NCBI GenBank assembly: GCA_017857255.1
Contig: JAFMDL010000003.1
Span: 1,244 to 65,243 of the forward strand
DNA from: Puniceicoccaceae bacterium
GTDB lineage: Bacteria > Verrucomicrobiota > Verrucomicrobiia > Opitutales > Coraliomargaritaceae
Length of the DNA stretch: 64,000 bases
Reading direction: 5' to 3'
Shown here: piece after piece, positions 41,137 to 51,429 of the stretch
How the letters are laid out: each line of letters begins with the position of its first letter
Position numbering within the stretch: the stretch's first letter is position 1
Position numbers and translations under genes: made by a program
The notes under the pieces: model-generated
Database searches by the model: none
The model's input: the letters and a program-made list of their open reading frames with translations, nothing else
Told to the model about the DNA's origin: nothing

Positions 41137-42180
41137 TTAGGGGATGAATCGTGTTTTATCGATCGCCTTCATGTAAGCCTCCTCTTTGTTAATCAAATCT
41201 GCTTCTAGTAATTTGCTGAGTGAAGCATCCATCGAGACCATGCCTTGGTCTCGGTTTTGGTCGATGATGTTGCGAATGTTTGAAAGCGAGTGCGTGCGAA
41301 TACAGTTTGGCAGTGCGCCATGTGTGAGCAGAATCTCATGCGCGGCGATACGGCCGCCGTCTTTCTTCTGGCAGAGTAGTTGCGAGACGATGCCACGCAG
41401 GGACTCAGCCAGCATGATGCGAATTTGATTTTGCTCATCGCCTGGAAACGCATCAATGATGCGGTCCACTGTTTTGGTGGCATTGTTGGTATGCAGTGTG
41501 GCAAAAACCAGCATACCCATTGCTGCGCAATTAATTGCCAAGCGGATGGTTTCCATGTCGCGCATTTCGCCAATCAAAATGACATCGGGGTCGGCGCGCA
41601 TCGCACCCTTGAGTCCGGCGCTGAAAGAGCGCGTGTGCTCGCCCACTTCACGGTGAATGATGGTACTGTTTTTATCGTCATGAGTAAATTCGACCGGGTC
41701 TTCGAGCGTGATAATTTGCTTCTGCGAGGTTTCGTTGATGTGGTTGATGATGGCCGCGAGTGTCGTTGACTTGCCACTACCAGTCGGCCCCGTGACCAGC
41801 ACCAAGCCGTTTTGGTAAGAGGCGATCGCCTTCAATGCGACGGGTAAGTCGAGCTCGTCGATGCTGGCAATTCGCGACGGAATCTGGCGCAGGACGGAGG
41901 CCATACCCCAGCTGTTTTTAAACAGGTTCATGCGGAAGCGCGCTTTCCCTGGTATCTCATACGCGAGGTCAACATCGCCTGTTCGGGTGAAGCTCTCCCA
42001 GCGGTGAGCTGGCGTAACTTCTTTGAGTAGTGCTTCCATTTCGTTTACGCCGATCGGCTGCTGGTTGAGCAGATGGATGACACCATCGATTCGCGTCTTC
42101 GGCGGCGAGTCGACGGCGAGGTGGAGGTCGGAGCCACCTTTTACGAGCATATCAGTCAGCAGTGTATCCAATTCGTTCAT
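41137..42180 (-). CDS. pilT: Type IV pilus retraction ATPase PilT
   Basis: Walker A GPTGSGKSTT, Asp box ITLEDPVEF, Walker B ILIGEMRD and His box FATLHTN; 347 aa. Confidence 0.85.
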   Translation of the reverse strand: MNELDTLLTDMLVKGGSDLHLAVDSPPKTRIDGVIHLLNQQPIGVNEMEALLKEVTPAHRWESFTRTGDVDLAYEIPGKARFRMNLFKNSWGMASVLRQIPSRIASIDELDLPVALKAIASYQNGLVLVTGPTGSGKSTTLAAIINHINETSQKQIITLEDPVEFTHDDKNSTIIHREVGEHTRSFSAGLKGAMRADPDVILIGEMRDMETIRLAINCAAMGMLVFATLHTNNATKTVDRIIDAFPGDEQNQIRIMLAESLRGIVSQLLCQKKDGGRIAAHEILLTHGALPNCIRTHSLSNIRNIIDQNRDQGMVSMDASLSKLLEADLINKEEAYMKAIDKTRFIP

Positions 42181-42210
42181 CGATCAAATTCTCTTTTTTT
42201 GGGGGGTAGG

Positions 42211-43584
42211 TTAGGCCTTACTTTCCGCATTAAATATATTCTCGGCGGCGACTTCGGTTGTGATCTTGCCTTGGTCGAGCAGTGCTTGCACGGAATCGTT
42301 CATGGTGAGCATGCCAAGTTGCTTGCCTGATTGCATCGCACTTTCTAGGCCAGTCTCTTTCGCATCGCGAATAATGTTGGCCACCGCGGTGGTGTTGACG
42401 AGCAGTTCACAGGCGAGCACGACTTCGTCGTCCACGCTAGGAATGAGGCGCTGGCAGACGATGCCACGCAGGGAACCGGCAGTCATTGCACGGATTTGGT
42501 TTTGTTGGCGGGGGGGGAAGACGTCGAGCATCCGATTTAATGTGGATGCGGCATCCCGGGTGTGCATGGTCGCAATCACAAGGTGGCCTGTTTCTGCCGC
42601 AGTGACTGCCATTTCGATTGTTTCTAGGTCATGCATTTCACCAATAACGATAATGTCAGGGTCTTCGCGCAGGGCGGATTTTAAGGCGGACTTAAAGGAC
42701 TCAGTATGTTTGCCGACTTGCCGCTGAGTGACGATGCTGTTGACTGAATGTTGCATCACTTCGATGGGATCTTCCACGGAGATGATGTGATCCTTGCGCG
42801 TTAGGTTCAGTTCGTTGACAAGGCTGGCAAGTGTGGTGGTTTTGCCGCTGCCGACTGGGCCAGTTACCAGAATAATCCCATTGTGGTAATTAAGTAGTTT
42901 GCGAATGTTGTCCGCATTCGGAAATCCAAGCTCTTCTAAGCTCATTAAGTGATCCGCCACGATTCGATAGACGCCAGAGATGCCTTTCTTTTGCTCCATC
43001 AAGTTGGCGCGGAAACGTATTTTAAAGCCCGCAGTTTCAGCATCGAGAGTCAAGGCATAGTCCAAGTCCCAATCAGTTTCGAATCGCTGCCGCTGCTCTG
43101 GTGTGAGGGGTAGGTAGTTGATTCGTCTGGCAAGGGCATCTGTGAGTGGTGCATTGCTGAGGTAAACGATGCGGCGATGGTGACGTATCCGTGGGCGGGC
43201 ACCTCCGGTAAGGTGCAGGTCGCTCGCGCCTATTTTTTGACATTGGGTGAAGAGACTGCGAATCGCTGCTCGGAGCTCATCGTCGTTCAGCTGATTGAAG
43301 GTCGAGAAGTCGGGGAACCCTTCGACATTACTCTGGGTGTTTTCGCGCGAGACTCCCGGAATCGCCGGAAGTTGAAAGCCATCCTGCGTATTTTTAATGG
43401 AGGCCTCGACGGCACTTTCGAGGAAGGTCGTGTCGGTCACCCAGCTGGAGTTGGTCAGTAATTTTGCAACTGCGCGAACGTCTGTACTTGGGGCTAGGTT
43501 AGAGACCATGCCATGAATTTGGTCCTCGGTGAGTAGTTGATTTTCTAGGCAGAAATGAAGGAGCCAATGAATTTCTGGACGCAT
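42211..43584 (-). CDS. PilT/PilU-family ATPase with ~110-aa N-terminal extension
   Basis: GPVGSGKTTT, ISVEDPIEV, IVIGEMHD and IATMHTR, preceded by an extra N-terminal domain not present in canonical PilT. Confidence 0.8.
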   Translation of the reverse strand: MRPEIHWLLHFCLENQLLTEDQIHGMVSNLAPSTDVRAVAKLLTNSSWVTDTTFLESAVEASIKNTQDGFQLPAIPGVSRENTQSNVEGFPDFSTFNQLNDDELRAAIRSLFTQCQKIGASDLHLTGGARPRIRHHRRIVYLSNAPLTDALARRINYLPLTPEQRQRFETDWDLDYALTLDAETAGFKIRFRANLMEQKKGISGVYRIVADHLMSLEELGFPNADNIRKLLNYHNGIILVTGPVGSGKTTTLASLVNELNLTRKDHIISVEDPIEVMQHSVNSIVTQRQVGKHTESFKSALKSALREDPDIIVIGEMHDLETIEMAVTAAETGHLVIATMHTRDAASTLNRMLDVFPPRQQNQIRAMTAGSLRGIVCQRLIPSVDDEVVLACELLVNTTAVANIIRDAKETGLESAMQSGKQLGMLTMNDSVQALLDQGKITTEVAAENIFNAESKA

Positions 43585-43837
43585 ATATGTTGGGGGATGT
43601 TTTCGGGAAGTTAAAACTCTCTATTTGATTATAAAAAATGCGGAGAGAATCAACTCTCATATTAAACAACGAGTGGCGGGAGAGGAGGCTGTATTCGGCT
43701 GAGATAATATAGTGTGGGCGATTCACTCACATTGTTTGATTGCGGTGGACGGATCGTCCAAGGCTCCTTTAGTTTTTATTTTTAGCATGGCGCAGCGGTC
43801 CGGTGGTCGATTTGTTTATCTCTGAAACCAGCGGATC

Positions 43838-44770
43838 ATGCCTAGCCATACATCAAATACACAGCCGCCTCGCTTGTTACACCCGCGCAACCCACATCAG
43901 GGACGTTATGATTTTACCGCGTTGTGTGAGGTGTGTGCGGAACTAAAATCCTATGTGCGGCTAAACCCTGCAGGCGAACCGACTATCGAATTTGCTGATC
44001 CCGCCGCGGTGCGGTGTTTGAATCAAGCACTTCTAGCGCAAACCTACCAGATTAAGCATTGGATGATACCCGCTGGCTATTTGTGTCCTCCCATTCCGGG
44101 GCGAGCCGATGTGATTCACTATGTGGCAGATCTTCTTGCAGAATCAAACGGCGGCAAAGTGCCGAGGGGCAGGGGTGTGCGGGTGTTGGATATTGGCACT
44201 GGAGCGAATTGTATCTATCCAATTCTCGGCAGCCAGAGCTACGGGTGGAAATTTGTCGGGACTGATATTGACCCTGTCTCAGTGAAGTCAGCACGCTTAA
44301 TTGTGGAAGCCAATCCATCCCTGCATAAGTTAATCAAGGTAGTCCAACAAAAGCAGCCGAGTGCTATTTTTAAAGGCATTTTACGCAAAGGGGAATCGTA
44401 TGATCTTACGATCTGCAACCCACCGTTTCATAGCTCGATCGAAGCGGCACAGGCAGGTTCGTTGCGTAAGGTAAAGAATCTCAGCACTGCGTCAGCGGTA
44501 AAAGGTGCCGCGCCTCTAAACTTCGGGGGGCAAGGCGCGGAGCTCTATTGTGCTGGTGGTGAGCTAGCGTTTATTACGCAGATGATTCGTGAGAGTATGG
44601 TTTATGCGAATCAAGTCGGCTGGTTTACCAGTTTGGTATCTAAAGGTGCCCATTTGCCTGCTTTAAAGAAGTTGCTGCTGCGCTGTGGTGTTGAAACGGT
44701 ACGAGAGATCCCGATGGCGCAGGGGCAGAAAATTAGCCGTTTGCTGGCATGGCGTTACCCGGCTCAGTAA
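43838..44770 (+). CDS. rlmF: 23S rRNA (adenine1618-N6)-methyltransferase
   Basis: LHPRNPHQGRYDF, GYLCPPIPGRADVIHYVADLL, LDIGTGANCIYP and CNPPFH parallel E. coli RlmF along the whole length. Confidence 0.85.
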   Translation: MPSHTSNTQPPRLLHPRNPHQGRYDFTALCEVCAELKSYVRLNPAGEPTIEFADPAAVRCLNQALLAQTYQIKHWMIPAGYLCPPIPGRADVIHYVADLLAESNGGKVPRGRGVRVLDIGTGANCIYPILGSQSYGWKFVGTDIDPVSVKSARLIVEANPSLHKLIKVVQQKQPSAIFKGILRKGESYDLTICNPPFHSSIEAAQAGSLRKVKNLSTASAVKGAAPLNFGGQGAELYCAGGELAFITQMIRESMVYANQVGWFTSLVSKGAHLPALKKLLLRCGVETVREIPMAQGQKISRLLAWRYPAQ

Positions 44771-44794
44771 TCAAAGTCGCGCTGGGTGTAGGCA

Positions 44795-44826
44795 CAAAAA
44801 AGCCGCTGGTATGAACCAGCGGCTTT
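44795..44826 (-). terminator. Rho-independent terminator (sod; also faces rlmF)
   Basis: 9-bp stem AGCCGCTGG/CCAGCGGCT with a 6-nt loop. The A-run upstream gives a U6 tail on the minus strand. Confidence 0.75.
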
Positions 44827-44845
44827 AGCATAGAAGTGTGATGCT

Positions 44846-45490
44846 CTAGTTAGCGCAACTGTCGTTCGCTTTAGCTGCTTGGTAGTTTGCTTCTGCTGCG
44901 CTCCAGTCGACAACGTTCCAGAATGCTTCGATGTACTTCGGGCGAAGATTCTGATAGTTTAAGTAGTAAGCGTGCTCCCAAACATCGAGACCAATAACTG
45001 CGGTTCCTTGTTCGTCGACTTCGTTGCCCATGCAAGGAGCGTCTTGATTGGGTGTCGAAGTGACCGTTAGCTTGCCGTCTTTATTAACGATGAGCCATGC
45101 CCATCCTGAACCGAAGCGAGTGGCACCTGCCTTAGCAAATGCATCTTTAAAGGCGTCGAAACCACCTAGTTCAGTATCGATTGCAGATGCAAGTTCACCG
45201 ACCGGAGCTCCACCGCCGTTGGGGCTGAGAATTTTCCAAAAAAAGCTGTGGTTGGCATGGCCACCACCATTGTTGCGCACAGCACCGCGCTTTTCGGCGG
45301 GCACAGCATCGAGGTTACTGATTATTTCACAGAGAGTTTTATCTTCAAGTCCAGTACCTTGTAGGGCTGCATTGAGGTTGGTAACGTAAGCGTTGTGGTG
45401 CTTGCTGTGGTGGATTTCCATGGTACGCGCATCGAAGTGTGGCTCGAGTGCGGTGTAAGCATATGGGAGTTCTGGTAGTTCGTGTGGCAT
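44846..45490 (-). CDS. Fe/Mn superoxide dismutase
   Basis: EIHHSKHH and [15 protein letters not shown] metal-ligand motifs. Metal specificity cannot be called from the sequence. Confidence 0.9.
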   Translation of the reverse strand: MPHELPELPYAYTALEPHFDARTMEIHHSKHHNAYVTNLNAALQGTGLEDKTLCEIISNLDAVPAEKRGAVRNNGGGHANHSFFWKILSPNGGGAPVGELASAIDTELGGFDAFKDAFAKAGATRFGSGWAWLIVNKDGKLTVTSTPNQDAPCMGNEVDEQGTAVIGLDVWEHAYYLNYQNLRPKYIEAFWNVVDWSAAEANYQAAKANDSCAN

Positions 45491-45604
45491 GATCTATTAT
45501 TTTCTATTTTAGTTAAAATGAGAGTGCTAAAAGTTGTGGGCTTCTGAGCAGGGTGTCAAATGGGAGATGCGGTTGGCATCGCCTTTTTTTGGCTGTGACT
45601 GGCG

Positions 45605-46174
45605 TTATTCTTCGTCATTATTGGTAGATTGTGCGGTTTCTTTAAGCGCGTTGGCCTTTTTAGTCGCATTTGCCTGTCGCTTCATATCAAAGAAGGCCTT
45701 GAGGATTTCATGATTCAGTGTTTCCAACACGCCGCCCACCGATTCGAATTTATGGTTGCTCTCTGGAAGTGCTCCAAGGTCAGTAGCGCCACCAACACAG
45801 CCCATTTTCGGGTCGGGTAGGCCGTAATAAACTTTGCCGATCCGAGAGATGACAAGTGCTCCCGAGCACATCGGGCAAGGCTCTTTTGTGACGTAGAGCG
45901 CGCATTCGTTCAGTCGCCAATCACCGATAAAGCTCGCCGCTTGTGAGATTGCAAGGATTTCGGCATGGGCGGTTGGGTCATTCGTAGAGCGCGATTGATT
46001 GTGCGCAGAGGCGATGATTTGACCTTTATGTTCAATGACTGCTCCTATTGGTACTTCATCTTTCTTCCATGCTTCGATTGCCTCGTTGTAGGCATGCGTC
46101 ATGAAATAATCGGCATCTCGCTTGAGTGCAGATGGGAAGATCTTTTCAAATGGGCAGAGTGATTGCATGGTCAT
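45605..46174 (-). CDS. tadA: tRNA adenosine(34) deaminase
   Basis: HAEILAI and PCPMCSGAL zinc motifs. Its substrate, tRNA-Arg(ACG), is encoded at 31009-31085. It has short N- and C-terminal extensions. Confidence 0.85.
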   Translation of the reverse strand: MTMQSLCPFEKIFPSALKRDADYFMTHAYNEAIEAWKKDEVPIGAVIEHKGQIIASAHNQSRSTNDPTAHAEILAISQAASFIGDWRLNECALYVTKEPCPMCSGALVISRIGKVYYGLPDPKMGCVGGATDLGALPESNHKFESVGGVLETLNHEILKAFFDMKRQANATKKANALKETAQSTNNDEE

Positions 46175-46342
46175 ATAAGTGTGAAGGTATGAAAGTAAAA
46201 AGTGTTATTTTGCTGTGAGCAAGGCTAGTACCTTTAAGGATATGAGGGCGCGCGTTGGACTTTTATCATATTAATCAGAATAAGAGAGTCCTTGACTTTC
46301 GGTCTTAAACCGCTTCCCTCCCGATTTTCTTATTGATCATTT

Positions 46343-46624
46343 ATGGCTAAAGCACAAAGCGAAGACTACGTAGAAGTCGAAGGCAAAATTGTTGCCGTCC
46401 TCCCGGGCACTATGTTCCGAGTGGAATTGGCGAATGGGCACCAAGTGCTCGCACACATCTCAGGGAAGTTGCGCAAGCACTTCATTAAGATCACCACAGG
46501 TGATACAGTCAAAATGGAGATGAGCCCATACGATTTGGATAAAGCACGAATTGTTTATCGTTTGCGCAACGCTCATGTGCAGCGTAATGCTCCACGGCGT
46601 AGCTTTGGTCCACGTCGTCGATAG
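46343..46624 (+). CDS. infA: Translation initiation factor IF-1 with basic C-terminal tail
   Basis: S1-fold core [62 protein letters not shown], followed by ~20 extra residues ([20 protein letters not shown]). Confidence 0.9.
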   Translation: MAKAQSEDYVEVEGKIVAVLPGTMFRVELANGHQVLAHISGKLRKHFIKITTGDTVKMEMSPYDLDKARIVYRLRNAHVQRNAPRRSFGPRRR

Positions 46625-46649
46625 TTAAATTCATCTAGAGTCACTTTTC

Positions 46650-46676
46650 AGCACCGCTTGACGGTGCTTTTTTTTG
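46650..46676 (+). terminator. Rho-independent terminator of infA
   Basis: AGCACCG-CTTGA-CGGTGCT followed by T8. Confidence 0.8.
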
Positions 46677-46786
46677 CGAAATGAGTAATTTAGGGACTAC
46701 TTGAAGAATTGCGATCAAAGCTTGCTTCGTTTAGGAATCGATATGTGTTTATACACTCAATCTTTTAATCTCTTACCATCTAAATT

Positions 46787-47749
46787 ATGAGCAGCAAATT
46801 ATATAACTCTATTATCGAAACAGTCGGAGAGACTCCACTGGTTAAAATTAATAAGACAGTCGCCGGTCTGCATGCAGATATTTATCTTAAATGTGAGTTT
46901 TTCAATCCACTCGCGAGCGTCAAGGATCGTATTGGTCGCGCAATGATAGAGGCGGCTGAGCGCGATGGTAAGATCGGTAAAGGCAGTATTATTATCGAGC
47001 CTACCTCTGGGAACACTGGGATCGCACTGGCATTTGTGTGCGCGGCCAAGGGCTATAAGTTGATTCTAACAATGCCAGAGACAATGTCAGTCGAGCGCCG
47101 CGTGCTACTACGTATGTTAGGCGCTGAGATCGTGTTAACTCCTGGGCCAAAGGGAATGGGTGGCGCGATTGCACGAGCAGGTGAGCTGGTTGAGGAATAT
47201 GGCGAAAAGGCATTCATGCCGCAGCAGTTTGAAAATCCAGCAAATCCTGAAGCCCATCGCCAGACGACTGCTGAAGAAATTTGGTCTGCAACTGATGGTA
47301 AAATTGATGCGTTTGTTGCGGGCGTCGGCACTGGCGGCACGATCACCGGAGTGTCCGAAGTAATTAAAGCCCGCAAAGAACTTTATACAGTGGCAGTTGA
47401 GCCTGAAGCTAGTCCGGTTATTTCTGGTGGCAATCCTGGGCCGCATAAGATCCAAGGGATCGGCGCTGGGTTCATTCCTAAAAACTGCAACACTGAGATA
47501 ATCGATGATGTGATTAAGGTTTCTAATGAAGATGCGTTTGCGACTGCCCGGCAGTTGGCAGAGCAAGACGGCATTCTTGGTGGTATCTCAACTGGCGCTA
47601 ATGTCTTTGCTGCTATTCAGCTTGCGAAGCGCCCGGAAATGGCGGGTAAGACCATTGTAACTATCGGTTGCAGTTTTGGTGAACGCTACCTAAGCACGCC
47701 GCTGGCTGAAAAAGCACGCGAAGAAATGATCAGTGCGACTGCAGGCTAA
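46787..47749 (+). CDS. cysK: Cysteine synthase A (O-acetylserine sulfhydrylase)
   Basis: [11 protein letters not shown] (PLP Lys), [11 protein letters not shown] and [10 protein letters not shown] motifs. Confidence 0.9.
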   Translation: MSSKLYNSIIETVGETPLVKINKTVAGLHADIYLKCEFFNPLASVKDRIGRAMIEAAERDGKIGKGSIIIEPTSGNTGIALAFVCAAKGYKLILTMPETMSVERRVLLRMLGAEIVLTPGPKGMGGAIARAGELVEEYGEKAFMPQQFENPANPEAHRQTTAEEIWSATDGKIDAFVAGVGTGGTITGVSEVIKARKELYTVAVEPEASPVISGGNPGPHKIQGIGAGFIPKNCNTEIIDDVIKVSNEDAFATARQLAEQDGILGGISTGANVFAAIQLAKRPEMAGKTIVTIGCSFGERYLSTPLAEKAREEMISATAG

Positions 47750-47779
47750 GCAATCGGCTGTAAGCAACTTTACTATCAA

Positions 47780-47810
47780 AGTCTCAGTTAGAAATAACTG
47801 AGGCTTTTTA
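47780..47810 (+). terminator. Rho-independent terminator of cysK
   Basis: CTCAGTTA-GAAA-TAACTGAG stem, extendable with a G-U pair, followed by GCTTTTT. Confidence 0.7.
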
Positions 47811-47902
47811 GTATACACATGGCTCTTAAAGGTATCGATATTATGTGCCAATTTCTCGCGTATGGTTGGAAATAGAAAGCCGCCAAAACTTGTGGGGACT
47901 CC

Positions 47903-48601
47903 TTATAATTCAAACCCATCCTTGGCGATGCAGATGACGAATTCTCCTTTTTGGCTACCGTCTGCCACACGGTCTCGTACTTCGCTGGCGGGGCCAGTAT
48001 ATATCGTCTCATGTAGTTTGGTGAGCTCGCGACAGACACTTATGCAGCGATCGGGGCCAAGTGTACTGACTAAGTCGTTCAGGAATTTGCCAATACGATG
48101 GCAAGATTCATAAATGATGATGGTATAGTCGTTGGTTTGGTTCGCTTCGAAAAAGCGTTTACGTGCGGCGCTTTTTGGGGCTAGGAAGCCGACGTAGAGG
48201 AATGCATCACTGGGGAGTCCAGAGAGTGAAAGTGCAGTGATGACTGCGCTTACTCCAGGCGCGGTGGTGACCTTTAGGCCTCGCTTGCGGCATTCGCGCA
48301 CGAGCCTAAAGCCAGGATCACTGATGGCTGGGGTGCCCGCGTCAGCGATCAGCGCGATGTGTTCGCCGGCTTCCATTCGGTCAGCGATTTCGCCTGCCAT
48401 ATAACTTTCATTTTCTTCGCGGTAGGAGATGAGTTTACCGTTATTTTCGATCTCGAGCTTGCTTAGAAGTTTGCCAGTTACTCGTGTGTCTTCACAGGCG
48501 ATGAAGCTGGCAGCGGTGAGTACATCGACCGCGCGGGGAGTGATGTCGGATAGGTTACCGATTGGAGCGGCGACGAGGGTGAGAGTTCCTGTGTCTGGCA
48601 T
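47903..48601 (-). CDS. rsmI: 16S rRNA (cytidine1402-2'-O)-methyltransferase
   Basis: LTLVAAPIGNLSDITPRA, ACEDTRVTGKLL and the tetrapyrrole-methylase-fold pattern. Confidence 0.85.
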   Translation of the reverse strand: MPDTGTLTLVAAPIGNLSDITPRAVDVLTAASFIACEDTRVTGKLLSKLEIENNGKLISYREENESYMAGEIADRMEAGEHIALIADAGTPAISDPGFRLVRECRKRGLKVTTAPGVSAVITALSLSGLPSDAFLYVGFLAPKSAARKRFFEANQTNDYTIIIYESCHRIGKFLNDLVSTLGPDRCISVCRELTKLHETIYTGPASEVRDRVADGSQKGEFVICIAKDGFEL

Positions 48602-48636
48602 ATGCGCTTAAATGTGAGTGGCTTGAAAGAGTTGTT

Positions 48637-48673
48637 ATAAAAAAGCGCCTTCATAGTTTGGATGAAGGCGCTT
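48637..48673 (-). terminator. Rho-independent terminator after the 49-aa ORF
   Basis: Perfect 12-bp stem AAGCGCCTTCAT/ATGAAGGCGCTT with a 7-nt loop. The minus-strand RNA continues with UUUUUUAU. Confidence 0.8.
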
Positions 48674-48702
48674 AAAATTATATAATTCGATCTAGTTGCT
48701 GG

Positions 48703-48852
48703 TTAGCCACCAAATCCTGGGGCGCCACCTTCCCAGTCCGCGGGTCGGGACCAAGGCAATTCTTGGTCGTCTGGGTTAGTGTCGAAGCAACCGCTAGTAG
48801 CTAGTGCACAGAGCGAGAGTGCTAGAATGATTAGTAGACGTATGGTCATCAT
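48703..48852 (-). CDS. 49-aa signal-peptide protein, possible lipoprotein (below ORF-track cutoff)
   Basis: Hand translation gives MMTIRLLIILALSLCALATSGCFDTNPDDQELPWSRPADWEGGAPGFGG*. It starts 21 nt after the upstream coiled-coil gene and is followed by a strong terminator. The lipobox-like ATSGC is imperfect. Confidence 0.5.
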   Translation of the reverse strand: MMTIRLLIILALSLCALATSGCFDTNPDDQELPWSRPADWEGGAPGFGG

Positions 48853-48873
48853 GAGTTGAGTACGCAGATTGAA

Positions 48874-49716
48874 TTAGAAGAGAATTTTGACGCTATCACC
48901 CACAGCGAGTTTGAGTCTGGTGCCAGGTAGAATATTGGCTACCGCAAGTTGCTCGGTGACTTTGGTAACTTGAATTTTTCCCAGCGCAGTTAAACCTTGA
49001 ATAAGGGTGACTTCAGCACCGACTGTTAGGCCGATCTTTTGTGCATCATCAAGAACGATAATGCCGTCTCTACTACTGATGGCGGCGACGGAAGTCTCCG
49101 AGCCAATCGATGCTGCTTGTGCTGCAGGTGTGGTGCTTGCCTTAAAAGTACTTTGATACCCACCTGAGCCCAGTTGTTCACTGCGGCGATTAGCGTCGGC
49201 ACTCGAGCTTTTTTTACTTTGAGCAAGAGCTTCGGCGGAGAGTAGGTCTTGCTTGAGTGAGTCGTTCACTTTAGTCAGTTCTTCCACGCGTTCATTGAGC
49301 TGAGCCAGTTCCGATTCTTTGCTTGAAATCGCTAATGTTTTTTCTGTTTTGACTAGGTCGGAACGAAGCTGAGTCGCTTGGCTTTCCAGACTGCTGATCG
49401 TCGCTTTTGCTTGTCGTAGTTGCTGCTGAGTGCGGCTTACTTCCTGTTTTGCAGTGTACACCTGACTACGAGAGGATTCGAACTTTTCTTTGGTTTCTGC
49501 CAGAGCTTTGCGCTCAGAAGCTAGCTGCGTACTAATTGTAGCAATGCTACTGTTAGCAGTCTCTAGTTCAGCTTGTATCGTTTGTGTTTCTTTGCGCGCT
49601 TGTTCAAGCTGAGTTTGTTGTTCCGCTAGTTTACCTTTGGATACAAAGAAAAGAGCTGCTGCTGCGCAAGCGGCGAGAATAGCGACAATTCGGAGAATGA
49701 GTGATAGACTTTTCAT
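48874..49716 (-). CDS. Membrane-anchored coiled-coil protein with C-terminal beta-rich domain
   Basis: One N-terminal TM, ~150 aa of heptad-like Q/E/K/L-rich sequence, a Ser/Ala linker, and a ~70-aa C-terminal domain (GIIVLDDAQKIGLTVGAEVTLIQG...VGDSVKILF). No family recognised. Confidence 0.6.
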   Translation of the reverse strand: MKSLSLILRIVAILAACAAAALFFVSKGKLAEQQTQLEQARKETQTIQAELETANSSIATISTQLASERKALAETKEKFESSRSQVYTAKQEVSRTQQQLRQAKATISSLESQATQLRSDLVKTEKTLAISSKESELAQLNERVEELTKVNDSLKQDLLSAEALAQSKKSSSADANRRSEQLGSGGYQSTFKASTTPAAQAASIGSETSVAAISSRDGIIVLDDAQKIGLTVGAEVTLIQGLTALGKIQVTKVTEQLAVANILPGTRLKLAVGDSVKILF

Positions 49717-49747
49717 TTTATGATATTTTAAGGGGGCTCAAGCGATG

Positions 49748-51322
49748 TTACGCAGAGAAAAACTGTGTTTCGTGAATGGGGGTTTTGATATTAGCGCTAA
49801 CTTCACGTTTGTTAGTTGCCAATCGAATCAATAATTTAAAAATCAATTCGCACTGTGATTCAAGACCCAACTTTGCGGCAATTTCAGCGGCAGTGTGTGC
49901 ATTTTTGCCATTTGAGCTGATCTCAGCCAGGACTTTCTGTTCTATTTCAAGTACGGTCGCGGCGGCAGCCTTGCCTGCTTCAACTCCAGGTTGGTGATAA
50001 GCGTTGATATTGACAAGACTAGCATAGAGCCCAACGGCACGCTCAAACAGTGCAATGAGTTGGCCGATGGCCTCGGGAGTAACGTCCTTGATCGTGATCG
50101 TGATCGACTGACGGCCGTTGTCGTACAAAGCGTCGCGTGTACCAAGGAAGAAGCCTTGCAAAAAGTCGCCAGAGGTGAAGCCATCTTCGACCTCGATGGA
50201 GTCACCTTCACGGTCCTTCAGGACTTCGATAAATGTGGCGAAGAAGTTGTGCACGCCTTCACGAAGTTGCTGTACGTATGCGTGTTGGTCTGTTGAGCCT
50301 TTATTGCCGTAAACCGCGATCCCTTGGTGGACCACATTGCCGTCTAAGTCTTTTTCTTTACCAAGCGATTCCATCACGAGCTGCTGCAAGTATTTTGAAA
50401 AAAGCATGAGACGATCTTTGTAAGGAAGCACGACCATGTCTTTCGAGCCCTTGCCGTCTGTTGCGAAATACCACATTAGAGCAAGCAGTGCCGCAGGATT
50501 GTTTGCGGTATTAGTTGAGCGTGTTGTGACATCCATGGCTGCGGCACCTGCGAGTATACGATCAATGTCGAGCCCTTGGATCGCCGCAGGGAAAAGCCCA
50601 ACAGCTGCAAGTTCCGAGGTGCGACCACCGACCCAGTCCCACATGGGAAGAAAGTCGAGCCAGTTGTTTTCTTTTGAATAGTGATGTAGTTTACTGCCAT
50701 CACCAGTAATGGCCATGGCGTGTTGTGCAAAATTTAGGCCTGCGGCTTTGTATGCCGTTTCTGCTTCGAGCATGCCGTTTCGGGTCTCAGGGGTGCCACC
50801 TGATTTTGAAATTACGACAGATAAGGTCTGCCCCAGTTCACCATCAAGTGCCTCAAGTGTACGGTCGAGGCCGTTAGGGTCGGTGTTGTCGAAGAAGAAG
50901 AGCTTGATTTTGTCGGTTTTCGGACTGCCCAGTGCGTCTGCAACAAATTGAGGACCAAGTGCAGAACCTCCGATACCGATGACGAGTAGGTTCTTGAATG
51001 CCCCATTGGCACCTTGAATTTCGCCAGTGTGCACATTTGAAGCGATTTGCTTGATTTTGGTTAAACAGGCTTCGATTTCTGCACCGATTTCAGCGTTGGG
51101 TGCCAGTGCTGCGTTCCGTAACCAATAATGGCCGACCATTCGACCTTCGTCTGGGTTGGAGATTGCTCCACCTTCGAGGGCTTGCATCGCGGCATATGCT
51201 GCTTGCATCTGAGGATCCATCTCAGCGAAGAAGTTGTCGCCGAAGTTGATGCGGCTGATGTCGATTGCGAAATCGAGCTCGTTAATGTTGAGGTAGTGTT
51301 GTTTGAAACGGTTCCAAGACAT
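49748..51322 (-). CDS. pgi: Glucose-6-phosphate isomerase
   Basis: [21 protein letters not shown] and GGRTSE motifs; 524 aa. Confidence 0.9.
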   Translation of the reverse strand: MSWNRFKQHYLNINELDFAIDISRINFGDNFFAEMDPQMQAAYAAMQALEGGAISNPDEGRMVGHYWLRNAALAPNAEIGAEIEACLTKIKQIASNVHTGEIQGANGAFKNLLVIGIGGSALGPQFVADALGSPKTDKIKLFFFDNTDPNGLDRTLEALDGELGQTLSVVISKSGGTPETRNGMLEAETAYKAAGLNFAQHAMAITGDGSKLHHYSKENNWLDFLPMWDWVGGRTSELAAVGLFPAAIQGLDIDRILAGAAAMDVTTRSTNTANNPAALLALMWYFATDGKGSKDMVVLPYKDRLMLFSKYLQQLVMESLGKEKDLDGNVVHQGIAVYGNKGSTDQHAYVQQLREGVHNFFATFIEVLKDREGDSIEVEDGFTSGDFLQGFFLGTRDALYDNGRQSITITIKDVTPEAIGQLIALFERAVGLYASLVNINAYHQPGVEAGKAAAATVLEIEQKVLAEISSNGKNAHTAAEIAAKLGLESQCELIFKLLIRLATNKREVSANIKTPIHETQFFSA

Positions 51323-51429
51323 GATGTTTGTTTAATTAAAGGACGGTCTGCCAAGATGGCAGATTAGTTAAGTGCATCGTTAAATAGTTGTTTGCGATGG
51401 GTTCTTGAGGAGTACACCAGTGGTTAATA

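Noticed and set aside
42260-42727. 155-aa plus-strand ORF inside the PilT-family gene
   Set aside because: It is an antisense shadow of a gene with intact Walker A, Walker B, Asp-box and His-box motifs.
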